Source: Octopus vulgaris
Lineage: Eukaryota
Assembly (NCBI GenBank): GCA_951406725.2
Contig: OX597838.1
Span: 32,550,001 to 32,614,000 of the forward strand
Reading direction: 5' to 3'
DNA: 64,000 nt
Shown here: piece after piece, positions 50,134 through 62,384 of the stretch
Layout: the number at the start of each line of letters is the position of its first letter
Numbering within the stretch: the first letter of the stretch is position 1
The notes under the pieces: generated by a model
The model's input: the letters and a program-made list of their open reading frames with translations, nothing else
Told to the model about the DNA's origin: nothing
Database searches by the model: none
Made by a program: the position numbers and the translations under genes

Positions 50134-50324
50134 TTAATAATAACAACAGCAACATTGAAAAATACCTTAGGAATGAGAATCCAGGTTTGAAATTTCCCCA
50201 AGACACCTGAAGAAGGCTGGAGGGTATATCAGCTGAAATTTTGTGCTAACAACAAACAAGATGAGGACAAATATCCGTCAAATGTAAACAATGTACTTAA
50301 TTCCTCATCTCTTAAATATAGAAC
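49799..50324. mobile_element. palindromic tRNA-headed element with Penelope-like hammerhead tail and 14-bp TSD
   Basis: Axis at 50026/50027, A box 50035-50045, B box 50078-50089. CTGAAGAaggctg..cagctGAAA at 50207-50238. TSD tggataatttatta at 49785-49798 and 50325-50338. Confidence 0.8.
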
Positions 50325-50639
50325 TGGATAATTTATTAGTTTAACAGTCCATCTATAGCTCAGTATATCTCTCTTTCTGTTGTACACCATCATTTAACAC
50401 TTACAGTTCAATACATCTTTGAGAATTACTTTACAGAGGTAAGTCATTGCAACCTATAGTTATAGCTAATTAAGTGCTTATGGTTCGTTATATCTGGTGT
50501 AAGTCTTTACCTTTCAAACCTGCTAAAGTAAACTGCCTGAAGACAACACTTTAAAGTAGTCGTCTTCAGTTTTTGCTGGAAAAACACAGAAAATCATACA
50601 GGAAATCACTTTTTTCTTATTTTCACTTTTTCATTCTCT

Positions 50640-51115
50640 TTACATATGTATACACACCAACTTATATTTGTATATACACCACATTGTATATGTATACATC
50701 GACTTACGTATGACTTACATATGTATACACACCAACTTTATATATGAATGCACCAACTTATATATATATATATACACCAACTTATATATGTATACACCAA
50801 CTTAAATATGACTTTATACATGTATATATACCAACTTTATATATAACTGCACCAACTTATATATATATACACCAACTTATATATGTATACACCAACTTAT
50901 ATATGTATACGCCAACTTAAATATGACTTTATACATGTATATATACCAACTTTATATATGACTGCACCAACTTATATATATATATATATATATATACACC
51001 AACTTATATATGTATACACCAACTTATATATGTATACACCAACTTAAATATGACTTTATACATGTATACACACCAACTTTATATATGAAATACACCAACT
51101 TAAATATGGCTTATA
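50640..51115. repeat. minisatellite, unit ~acaccaacttatatatgtat
   Basis: Repeated accaactta cores with a higher-order pattern. Confidence 0.9.
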
Positions 51116-51122
51116 TATATAT

Positions 51123-51268
51123 ATAATATAGGACAATCCGGAAGTTGTCATAATAGAACTCAGAGTTTCAAATAGCAGAGCTGAGAGCTTAATGCCTAGA
51201 AGCTCTAAACTCCGGTATTTGAAACTCTTAGTATTATTATGACAACTTACTGATTATCCTATATTATA
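51123..51268. repeat. fold-back in (TA)n
   Basis: aatataggacaatc..aagttgtcataat...gagtttcaaata / tatttgaaactc...attatgacaactt..gattatcctatatt. Confidence 0.8.
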
Positions 51269-51562
51269 TATATATAGATAAATTCCTCTATTTACATAAT
51301 ATTGAGGTCTCATTCATTCTTTAGTTGTCATATTATTATTATAACATATATATATATATATATAATCACTAACTTATATATGTATACACCAACTGCTATA
51401 TATACAAACCAACTTTTATGCACACCAATTTATATTTGCATATGCTAATTATAACTATGGCAACAGGAAAAAATTAGAAATTTCAAGGGCATTGCAGCTT
51501 GCTTGAATATATATAACAGTATTAATAAAATAGATGGAAAAATTTTTTAAAGATTTTTTTTA

Positions 51563-51602
51563 GTATGACATGTTTCGACCTGTTCTGGGTCTCTTCAGGT
51601 AC
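51563..51602 (-). ncRNA. minimal type I hammerhead ribozyme
   Basis: Minus strand gtac-CTGAAGA-GACC cagaaca GGTC-GAAA-CATG-TC-atac. Palindromic ACATGT, GUC site, one stem I mismatch. Confidence 0.7.
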
Positions 51603-51796
51603 ATAAATAAATTTTTTAAAAATATAAAACGTCTCACTAGAGATTCGGTTTTACATCTCACTCAATGTCCATCAACTTTGGGAATGAGTAAAAAACAGAG
51701 AAAAGTTGAAACACGAAAGATTCAAATAGGAACGTGAATTTTTCGTGTTTCAACTAGTTTAGAGAAAATGATGTAATGAGCCATCACTGTTGTAAC

Positions 51797-51831
<35 letters not shown>

Positions 51832-52247
51832 AATATGAATTAGAGATAAAACCACTATTATGCAACTCAAACAGTGATAGACATAAACCAAAACATAAAT
51901 AACAAATTATATATATATAATTAATATAATATAAATATATCTCTAATTCGTATTTTATATATTTATACTGTGAAATTTGATTTAATACTAAATCGAATTT
52001 TTACCTTGTAAGTTTGGAGCTATACTCTCTAATATTATTATATATATATATATACACACATATACCTACATGCATATATATATGTTATTAATTAATGAAC
52101 GTTCAATGTAGTTTATATGTATTGGAGATGGTTAGAGGTTCAAGAGAAGAAACAAGGCATGCCAAATGAAGATAAAACAAAAAATTTAATTTGCCTCATC
52201 GCTAAATTGTATGTTATGTCATGGTTTGTCTCGTTGGTATTTTCTAG

Positions 52248-52444
52248 ACTCTGACTATGATATAGACATGGACCGTAGTATGATGTCCGGAGATAATCAT
52301 GAAGCTCGTGATGACCACCACCACCACCACCACCACCACCACAGATCCAACCGAAGTCCATCTCAGGAACGGTCCAAACGTGAACGATTTGTACTTAACG
52401 ATTTCCATTTTATTAAAGTATTGGGGAAAGGCAGTTTTGGCAAA
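52248..52444 (+). CDS. PRKCE: nPKC exon: hinge with His9 and start of kinase domain (DFHFIKVLGKGSFGK)
   Basis: Acceptor tttctAG at 52247, donor gtaagt at 52445. Contains the GxGxFG loop. Phase 1 to 0. Confidence 0.95.
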
Positions 52445-52581
52445 GTAAGTGAAATGGTTTCTTTTTTCTTGTCTTGTGTCTTAAGAATAATGTTTGTATG
52501 TCCATGTTAGCTGTGTTGTGCTTGGATCAAGTGTTTTCTTCTATAGACTTGGGTGAACCAAAGTCCTTTAAATGAAATTGG

Positions 52582-53380
52582 TTAACTCTTAGCATTTAGG
52601 CCAGCCTTATCTATCTCAAATTGTCTACCTGTTTTATGCTTAAACCAGCCAGATCCAGTTTCTTGCACCTACACTACACTGTCATTCTAAAACTCAACAA
52701 CCATATCATTGAAATCTCAAAGCCAAAAGATAATGTATCAGGTCATCCCATAAGTTCTGTCTGATTTCACCTTTTTTTTAAAATTGAATGAAATTTAATA
52801 GTATTTAGAACGTCTAATGGAATTAAAAATTATTTTTATGCATTTATTATTATTTCATTCTAAATCTAAACAATCACATAATCAAAATCGCAAAGCTGCA
52901 AGATAAAACAGGATTAATTCAAAACAGTGTGAATAAACAAGCAATATAGGCGCAGGAGTGGCTGTGTGGTAAGTAGCTTGCTTACTAGCCACATGGTTCC
53001 GGGTTCAGTCCCACTGCGTGGCACCTTGGGAAAGTGTCTTCTACTATAGCCTCAGGCTGACCAAAGCCTTGTGAGTGGATTTGGTAGATGGAAACTGAAA
53101 GAAGCCCGTCGTATATATGTATATATATATATATATGTACATATGTGTGTGTGTTTGTGTGTCTGTGTTTGACAACCGATGCTGGTGTGTTTATGTCCCC
53201 GTCACTTAGCGGTTCGGCAAAAGAAACCGATAGAATAAGTACTGGGCTTACAAAAGAATAAGTCCCAGGGTCGAGTTGCTCGATTAAAGGTGGTGCTCCA
53301 GCATGGCCGCAGTCAAATGACTGAAACAAGTAAAAGAGTATATATATGATAGAATAATCTGAAGGGCTAAAGGGTTTAAC
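52582..53380. mobile_element. piggyBac-type MITE with a nested mariner-end remnant and a full SINE
   Basis: Ends match 27739-27967. tcaggtcatcccataagttc TIR-like piece at ~52738 and SINE at 52948-53340. Confidence 0.65.
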
Positions 53381-53749
53381 CAGCCATATCAGGCCTTATG
53401 TTCAAACTGGACAAGGCAGGGTTCGGATGGATCACAACTTCAACTCCTTCATTCAGAGGTAGTGCCTCCAGCATTGAAAGTTAAAACTAGAAGAATGATC
53501 TTTGTCAAACTGGTATGGAGGTTGAAAACCGTAGGGGCAGATAAAGTAGGCTTAATTTATATGTTTGCATCAAGTGCAAAATTAGTATGGAATAAAGTAC
53601 ATAAAAAGAGTTGTGTAATAAATGAGACTGTTAGGTAACTTATTTTGTGTACTTTATTCTGTACTCTGTATTTTGTATTCTCCGCGGATATATATATGAA
53701 TCTTAAGTCTACTCATATTTTTCTACCCTCCTCTCTCTCTATCTTTTCC

Positions 53750-54073
<324 letters not shown>

Positions 54074-54536
54074 TCATCATCATCATCATTTAGCGTCCGT
54101 TTTCCATGCTAGCATGGGTTGGACGGTTTAACTGGGGTCTGTGAAGCCGGAAGGCTTCATCAGGCCCAGTCAGATGGTTGGCAGTGTTTCTACGGCTGGA
54201 TGCCCTTTCTAACGCCAACCACTCCATGAGTGTAGTGGGTGCTTTTTACGTGCCACCTGCACAGGTGCCAGACAGAGCTGGCAAACGGCCACGAACGGAT
54301 GGTGCTTTTACGTGCCACTGGCATGGGGGCCAGGCGAGGCTGGCATGGACACGAACAGGTGGTGCTTTTACGTGCTATATATATATATATATATATTTCA
54401 ACAATTGAGGGTAAAATTAATTAATTATTAATCAATTTCACCAAGTATTCAGTATGTAAAGGGACCATTTTAGGCGAATTCAAAATATTACATTATATAT
54501 AAGGGCTTAGTAAAATAAATATGTGGCAAAGTAATT

Positions 54537-54576
<40 letters not shown>

Positions 54577-54717
54577 TGTTATATTTCGGAATGGTCATTT
54601 TACCAGTTTAGCCAATGTATATATATATAATTATTTGAGGGAATATTAATCCTAACTTACAGGGAAAAAATTCAATTTAGAAATACTAAATCAAATTTCA
54701 CACAATATAATATATAT

Positions 54718-54757
<40 letters not shown>

Positions 54758-55019
54758 CCTTAAAATCCTTAAAAATGTTTTAGCCCGAAGGCCGCGGCCA
54801 TGCTGGGGCACCAATATATATATAAAAATTAGAAAAAAAACACCTTTTATCAATTCAAAATGAACAATTAAATTACACCATCTAGAAAATTACATATAAT
54901 AGAAATATTAAAATAACAATAATATACCGATGATTAAGTAAGTTGCAAAAAAATAATAAAAACATATAATTGGTATATAATATATATATATATATATATA
55001 TTATTTATATATATTTATA

Positions 55020-55560
55020 TATTCAGTCATTTGACTGTGGCCATGTTGGAGCACATATGAAATTTTAGTTGAGCAAATCGACACCAATACTTATTTTCTT
55101 TTTTTTAAGCCTGGTACTTATTTTATTGATATCTTTTGCTGAACCACTAAGTTACAGGGACATAAACACACCAACACCAGTTGTCAAGTGGTGGTAGGAC
55201 ACACACAGATACAAATAGATAGATAGATAGATAGATAGACGGACAGATAGATAGATAGATAGATAGACAGACGGACAGATAGATAGATAGATAGATGATG
55301 GGTGGATGGATGGATGGATAGACAGAATGAGATAGATGATAGACAGATAGATAGATAGATAGATAGATAGATAGGATAGATAGATAGACGGACAGATAGA
55401 CAGACAGACAGACAGATAACAGGCTTTTTTCAGTATCAAATCTCTCACAAGGCTATGGCCAACCAATGTCTATAGTAGAAACACTTGCCCAAGGTTTCAT
55501 GCAGTGGGACTGAACCTAGAACCATGTGGTTAGGAAGCAAATTTCTTTCCACACAGCTGC
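55020..55560 (-). mobile_element. SINE family A with an expanded GATA tract
   Basis: Tail at 55020-55200, (GATA)n, head at 55420-55560. Confidence 0.8.
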
Positions 55561-56134
55561 ACACACACACACACACACACAGCTAAGTGGTATGTCATTA
55601 GTTTGATTAACGTTTACCAGTTTAATTAATTGCTTGATGGATTATAATTATTTTTCTTTCTGTTACTCTTCACCTCTTCAAAATGGAGCATAAATATTTT
55701 TTTAAAGATCACAGATAACAAGGATAAATAGCCCAATTAACGTTTATCACACTAATTAATCCACTTTCTTCTTAGTCATTTAAATTTCCTATCATCATTC
55801 ATTCTTTTTTTATATTTATTTCTTTTTGTTTATTTGTTTTTTTGGGGTTTTTTTTTTTTTGCTGATGAAAGTTTTAGAATGTTCTAGAACACTTTTCAAT
55901 TTGATTTTCATCTAATTTAAAATGAAAAGTGAAATATATATCTGTGGCTTAATACTTCTGTCTGTTTACAATATTTTCCAGCATAAAATCATTGTAGTAT
56001 AAAGTATAAACATCTAATGTAAACATTCAAATATTATCTCTATTTTGCCAAATCCTGCCGCATTTCACAGACAATTTTTGATCCTCCAAAATTGTCTTGG
56101 CATACAAGTTGACTTAACTTATTTTGACTTTATC

Positions 56135-56444
56135 TTTTATTCTTTTACTTGTTTCAGTCATTTGACTGCAGCCATGCTGGAGCACCGCCTTTAGTCAGAC
56201 AAATTGACCCCAGGACTTACTCTTTGTTAACCTAGTACTTATTCTATCGGTCTCTTTTGCCGAGATGTAAACACACTAGTATCGATTGTCAATTGATGTT
56301 GGGGGGACAAACATACACACACACACACATATATATATATAGAACTTGTTTTAAAAGTTCCTACCGATAATGGTTATATTTCCATACTGAAATCTACCTG
56401 GAAATAATTGTTGGTTTTTTTAAAAATTAATAATTATTTACCGT

Positions 56445-56492
<48 letters not shown>

Positions 56493-56655
56493 GGTAGGCT
56501 TCTTTCAGTTTCCGTCTACCAAATCCACTCACAAGGCTTTGGTCGGCCCAAGGCTATAGTGGAAGACACTTGCTTAAGGTGGTACACAGTGGGACTGAAC
56601 CAGGAACCATTTGGTTGGTAAGCAAACTACTTACCACACAGCCACTCCTACGCGG
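56135..56655 (-). mobile_element. SINE family A with an insert in its TA tract
   Basis: Tail at 56135-56330 and head at 56490-56655. Confidence 0.8.
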
Positions 56656-57579
56656 TTTGAAAAATTTGACTTGTATGCTGGAAACTATGGTATTACAAAT
56701 CCATTACAAATCCCAGTTGTACTTCAGTTCACCTCTTAATTATATCTGTACATTTGGAGATCAGTACAGCTACAACAATCACTTCTCACCTGGAGATTGA
56801 TGTGATTTCTTAAAAAGATTTTAAAAATTTTATTCATTCCTTTTATTACCAAATTTCTTTTGAAACATTTCTGCCTTTATTTCAAATAATTTTAAAGATA
56901 ATGAAAACCCCAGTAAAATTGAAATCACATGATATGGTGATCTCAGAGCTAGAATAGTAGGGAGTTCTCTCCCTGCTTGCAATATATATCGAGTGTAAAG
57001 TGCACTGAATAACCAGCTGGAGGAGGCGTCCTCCTTGGGTTAGAATAACAGTATCATCTGTTCTTATAGAGTACCCACTTTTAGGCGGCAATAAACATTG
57101 CTTCTCAGTATAAATACTGTTTTCATTTGTATTAGAGATTTTCTTAATGAGATGGTTTGCTCGTAAAATAGATTTGCCATTATGAAGTCTTTAGTTGCCA
57201 TATTTCTGTTGAAATGCACTGTCTGTGTCTCAATTTATTCTGGAAATAAAATAGAATTTAGTAAAATGTCTTTGTCGATATTATGGGCTTATGAACTGTA
57301 GGTGTAAGTGTACTTCCTACAATTTTTGTAGGGGATGCAAAACCAAAATTTGCACCCCTAATTATTTTGCTCAAGATTAGAAAACAATGTGTAAAAAAAG
57401 GTTTGTAAAAAATAGCTTGAAGTTAGGCTTTTTCTCAAAGAAGAAAAAAAAGAAACAATAAGACCCTGTTTGTAAAAAATTTTGGACCTGGGTTTGCACC
57501 CCCTAAGCAAATTTCCTTCCCAAGCCAGTAGTCAATATTAATTCTTTTCCTATTATATTTCTTTCAAAATACACAGCCG

Positions 57580-57843
57580 TAGGAGTGGCTGTGTGGTAAG
57601 TAGCTTGTCTACCAACCACATGGTTCCGGGTTCAATCCCACTGCGTGGCACCTTGGGCAAATGTCTTCTACTATAGCCTCGGGTCGACTAAAGCTTCTTT
57701 CAGTTTCCGTCTACCAAATCCACTCACAAGGCTTTGGTTGGTCCGAGGCTATAGTGGAAGAAACTTACCCAAGGTGCCATGCAATGGGAATGAACCCAGA
57801 ACCATGTGGTTGGTAAGCAAGCTACTTACCACACAGCCACTCC
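57580..57843. repeat. fold-back of two SINE-A heads
   Basis: 57580-57695 is the near reverse complement of 57730-57843. Confidence 0.9.
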
Positions 57844-58296
57844 ACTCCTGCACCTACTTAAATTTTTATAAATATATTTACCCAAATATTAATATGATAC
57901 TTAAATACAAGGTTAACTACTATATATTGTTTATCTCTACACTTTTTAGTGATTACCCAGAATATTATATTACTCAAATTTTTATAAACATATTTATCCC
58001 TATATTAATTTGATACTTAAATATACAATTAATTACTATATATTTAATTTTTCTTTATACTTTTTAATGATTACCCAGAGCATATTATGATATATTTTAT
58101 ATTTACCTCTCTAAAAATATAATTATTAATTGATTTATCTCTATTTTCTTATTTTTCTTAAATAAATATAAACCTTGGTTTATTTAATTACCTGAGTTTG
58201 AATATTAAAATTAATATTCAAAATAAATAGTAAGAGTTCAGTGAATTCATTGGATATTATTATCCCTTAATGAGGTTTATTTAACTTCTAATTGAA

Positions 58297-58346
<50 letters not shown>

Positions 58347-58456
58347 GATGAATATGGTACATAAAATGAGGCACCAGAATTTAGTATGGTATTATCCATA
58401 CAATTTCAAAGTAAGGTGATTAAAATCAAAATAAGCAACAAGGATATCCAGAGGTA

Positions 58457-58545
58457 ATGCAGTACGATCGTTTCATGCAACTCCATTTAATTGAACAATG
58501 CAATCATTACATCAATTTAAAATGCAGAGCAATCCTCAGCTTCAC
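58457..58545 (-). ncRNA. hammerhead-like fold with extended stem II
   Basis: Minus strand gtgaag-CTGAGGA-ttgc(long hairpin)gcat-GAAA-CGATCG-TA-ctgcat. A decayed sense copy lies at 173-258. Confidence 0.55.
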
Positions 58546-58691
58546 AAAGACATAGAATATAATTAAATTAGTATATGGACACATTAGTATAATTTTAGGT
58601 ATAATTATACTAATGTGTCCATCTGTTCTAATTTAATTAAATTCTATGTCTTTGTGCAGCTGAGGATTGCTCTGCATTTTAAATTGATATG

Positions 58692-58728
<37 letters not shown>

Positions 58729-59073
58729 ATATATATCTACATGTGTATTTGTGTTTGTCACCCAGCACCACTTGACAGCCAGTGTTGTTGTGCTTATGTC
58801 CCTGTAACTTAGCTTTTCATCAAAAAAGAGACTAATAGGATAACTAACTACTAGGCTTGAAAAAAATAGTCCTGGGGTCGATTTGTTCAATCAAAGCCCT
58901 TCAAGGTGGTGCCCTCAGCACGGCTGCAGTCAAATGACTGCAAGAAGTAAAAGGTAATACTTTTTTTTTCTTTCAAGAATATTAAAAAAAAATTTTGGTT
59001 TATAAAAATTCCGTTTTCGTTGAATTTTCTTCTTGAATCTCACTGTTGCTTGTTTGTTTGTTTGTTTCTCCAG

Positions 59074-59247
59074 GTGATGTTGGCTGAACGTCGGGATACA
59101 GATGAAGTGTATGCTGTGAAAGTACTTAAAAAGGATGTCATCATTCACGATGACGACGTTGAATGTACAATGACTGAGAAACGAATTTTAGCATTATCGG
59201 CCAAACATCCATTCCTGACTGCGCTGCACTCCTGCTTCCAGACTCCC
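59074..59247 (+). CDS. PRKCE: nPKC kinase N-lobe exon ([58 protein letters not shown])
   Basis: Acceptor ctccAG at 59073, donor gttagt at 59248. YAVK catalytic Lys and PKC-typical [12 protein letters not shown] and HPFLT motifs. Confidence 0.96.
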
Positions 59248-59289
59248 GTTAGTTCCCTCCTGACTTTTCTCACCTGCACCCTCACTACA

Positions 59290-59335
<46 letters not shown>

Positions 59336-59393
59336 CCAACAGTGTTCCAACAATGACCATCCTGACTTTTGGTACAGTACATCTAGGACTCAC

Positions 59394-59820
59394 CATCATC
59401 ATCATCATCATCGTTTAACGTCCACTTTCCATGCTAGCATGGGTTGGACGATTTGACTGAGGGCTGGCGAACCTGATGGTTGCACCAGGCTCTAATCTTG
59501 ATCTGGCAGAGTTTCTACTGCTGGATGCCCTTCCTAACGCCAACCACTCCGCAGAGTGTGCGGGTGCTTTTTATGTGGCATCAACATCTAGGACTCATCA
59601 TCATCATCGTTAAACATCCGCTTTCCATGCTAGCATGGGTTGGACGATTTGACTGAGGACTGGCAAACCAGATGGTTGCACCTGGCTCCAATCTTGATCT
59701 GGCAAAGTTTCTACAGCTGGATGCCCTTCCTAACACCAACCACTCCGAGCGTGTAGTGGGTGCTTTTACGTGCCACTGGCACGGGGGCCAGTCAGGTGGT
59801 ACTGGCAACGACCTCACTCA
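59394..59820 (-). mobile_element. two tandem SINE-C 3' ends
   Basis: Each is preceded by acatctaggactca, indicating a local duplication. Confidence 0.85.
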
Positions 59821-60171
59821 CCATATCTAAGACGATACACTGCGATTTGAGGGCGATTTGACTGCTCTTTCTAGTGGATCAAGTGATCCCACAAGGGCTT
59901 CTTCATTCATGTCTTGTGGTTGTTTAGTCAACAGACTTATGGTCGAAGACATTCTGGCCATGACCCTCCTACCTTTTCGAATTCTAGGGACTACATGGTC
60001 CAATACAGTTGTTATGTATCTAGCTGGTCGGGTGAACATGTAGATCTCCTGTGAGTGATATAACTCGAACCGTGCATGTCCACCAGGTGGACATGCGTGG
60101 TCCGAGCATCTGAGAGTACATCTAGTTTGTGTGTAAGGGTATCTTCAAATTGCTGTGTGTGTGCTAGGTTA

Positions 60172-60500
60172 TGAAGGCACATGGCTTGGTGGTTAGGGTA
60201 TTCTGCTCACAACTGCAAGGCCGTGAGTTCAATTCCTGGTGGTGCATTGTGTCCTTGAGCAAGACACTTTATTTCCTGTTGCTCCAGTCCACTCAGCTGG
60301 CAAAGATGAGTCGTACCTGTAATTCAAAGGGGCCAGCCTTCTCACATTCAGTATGTCACACTGAGTCTCCCCGAGAACTATGTTAAGGGTATGCGTGTCT
60401 GTGGAGTACTCAGCCACTGGGACGTTAATTTCACAAGCAGGCTGTTCCATTGATTGGATCAACTGGAGCCCTTGTCATAACCAACTGAGTACCAGCGTGT
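60172..60500 (+). mobile_element. SINE family D
   Basis: tggcttggtgg A box, gagttcaattcc B box and the same core. Confidence 0.8.
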
Positions 60501-60531
60501 ACTACTTACTCACAGAAATCTCTAATCTAAT

Positions 60532-60790
60532 TGGCGGCGTGCTGGCAGAATCGTTAGCATGCCAGGCGAAATGCTTAGCCGTATTTCGTCTGCCGTTGCA
60601 TTCTGAGTTCAAATTCTGCCGAGGTCGACTTTGTTTTTCATCCTTTCGAGGTCGACTTTGTTTTTCATCCTTTCGAGGTCGATAAATTAAGTACCAGTTA
60701 CGCACTGAGGTCGATGTAATCAACTTAATCCCTTTGTCTGTCCATGTTTGTCCCCTCTATGTTTAGCCCCTTGTGGGTAATAAAGAAATA
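60532..60790 (+). mobile_element. SINE family B with internal duplication and TSD
   Basis: agaaatctctaatct at 60514-60528 and 60791-60805. Confidence 0.9.
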
Positions 60791-61039
60791 AGAAATCTCT
60801 AATCTTTAGATACCATTCAAATATGCTAGATTGATATTATCAAGGGTATAGATTAGATGTGGAGAAACTATGGCCATCTGAAAGGAGTACAGTGTTTGAC
60901 ATCGAATCATTAAACTGGAATATATTTCGATTCATTTAGTTTGATTTAAAACCAAATTTTTCAATTGTAAACTTTACAAACATGTATTTGTGATAACTTT
61001 ATTTACATTTATCCTTCCATCCATCCATCCAGCTAACAA

Positions 61040-61640
61040 GTCATCACCTCTGCCCATTATCCCTGCAAGGGTCGTTGGTGTAGAATCCTCGAACTCATCT
61101 TCTCAGAAGCAATTGTCACTACCCATTCCAGCTGGATTCCCAAGTGTAGCCAACCAAAACGATGGATGTTATCCAACCATCATGTTCTTGGTCTACCCCT
61201 AGGTCTCTTCTGCTAGTCATAGGGTAGAATCATCAGACACCTCCTCCATAGGTTCCTATCAGAAATAACCATCTTTAGACATTCTAGCTGGATTCCTAAG
61301 CATGACCAATTGAAACCATGGATAGATAATATCCATCATGTTCTTGGTCTACTGTGCTCAGTTTTCTGTTGGTCATTGTGGGGTACAGCCCTCAAGACAC
61401 CTCCTCAATAGGGTCCTTTCAAAAGCAACTGTCATTACACTCTCTGGCTGGATTTCTAAGCATGACCCGGCTACCCCTAGATCTCCTGCCCATTGTTGGG
61501 GTAGATTCCTCAATATCTCTTCCATAGTGTCCTATCAGAAGCAACAGTCATTAGACCTTCTGGCTGAATTCCCAAGTGTGACCAGCTATGATTATCGATA
61601 TTCACCATTTTTGGTCTACCCCTAGGTCTTCTACTGCTTG
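61040..61640. repeat. diverged tandem repeat of ~115-130 bp
   Basis: Recurring gctggattcc(c/t)aag, catgttcttggtctac and cctatcagaa. A related single unit lies at ~47510-47690. Confidence 0.7.
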
Positions 61641-62384
61641 ATACAGCCGAAGAATCCTTGTGATTCTTTCCTGCTGCTGCAGGAATACTTACCAAAAAAA
61701 CCTGTCAAAATTTTATTATTAATCTCTAATTTTTAAACAAAAATCTAAGACTATTTCTCCTTCATTGTTTAACGTCCGCTTTCCATGCTAGCATGGGTTG
61801 GATGATTTTGACTGAGGGCTGGCGAACCAGATGGCTGCACCAGGCCCCAATCTTGATCTGGCAGAGTTTCTACAGCTGGATGCCCTTTCTAATGCCAACC
61901 ACATCTGCAGGACTAAAGCTGTGACTTTTCAGTGCAGAGAAGCAGCCAGTGGCTTGACTTGGAGAGATGCCTTGAAAACCAAACTTTCCCACTCTGTGGA
62001 GTAATGTTACTTCAGAGTCCTTCGAAGGAATCCTATTTTTGTTACTTGTATTGTGATTGTAGTCTTTCATTTGTAATTAATTAATTGTTTAAACTAATTA
62101 GAGCTGTGTTGAAATATTGAAAGCCATAAAAGTTTTTGGAAACCAAAGTTTTTTTTTTCTTCTTATAATTACAGTGGGGGTACCTGTTCAGAAACTCCAA
62201 TTTTTTTTTTGACATTTTTGTCTTAGAATATTTTAGAATGATTATATTTTATAAAATCATCGGCTTCTTAGTGTTAATTGTATTTTTGTGGCCTTGTAAG
62301 GATGGCACTCAACCTCAATGTGACCATCCAACTTAAAAAGATTTTCCAGTTCTCTTGTAGGTATTCTTAATTGGTATTTAGAAC

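Noticed and set aside
57285-57530. Possible hAT-like MITE (also a Tigger-like end at ~22430 and a Helitron-like start at ~7630)
   Set aside because: Ends too degenerate or only one terminus present; cannot be supported.
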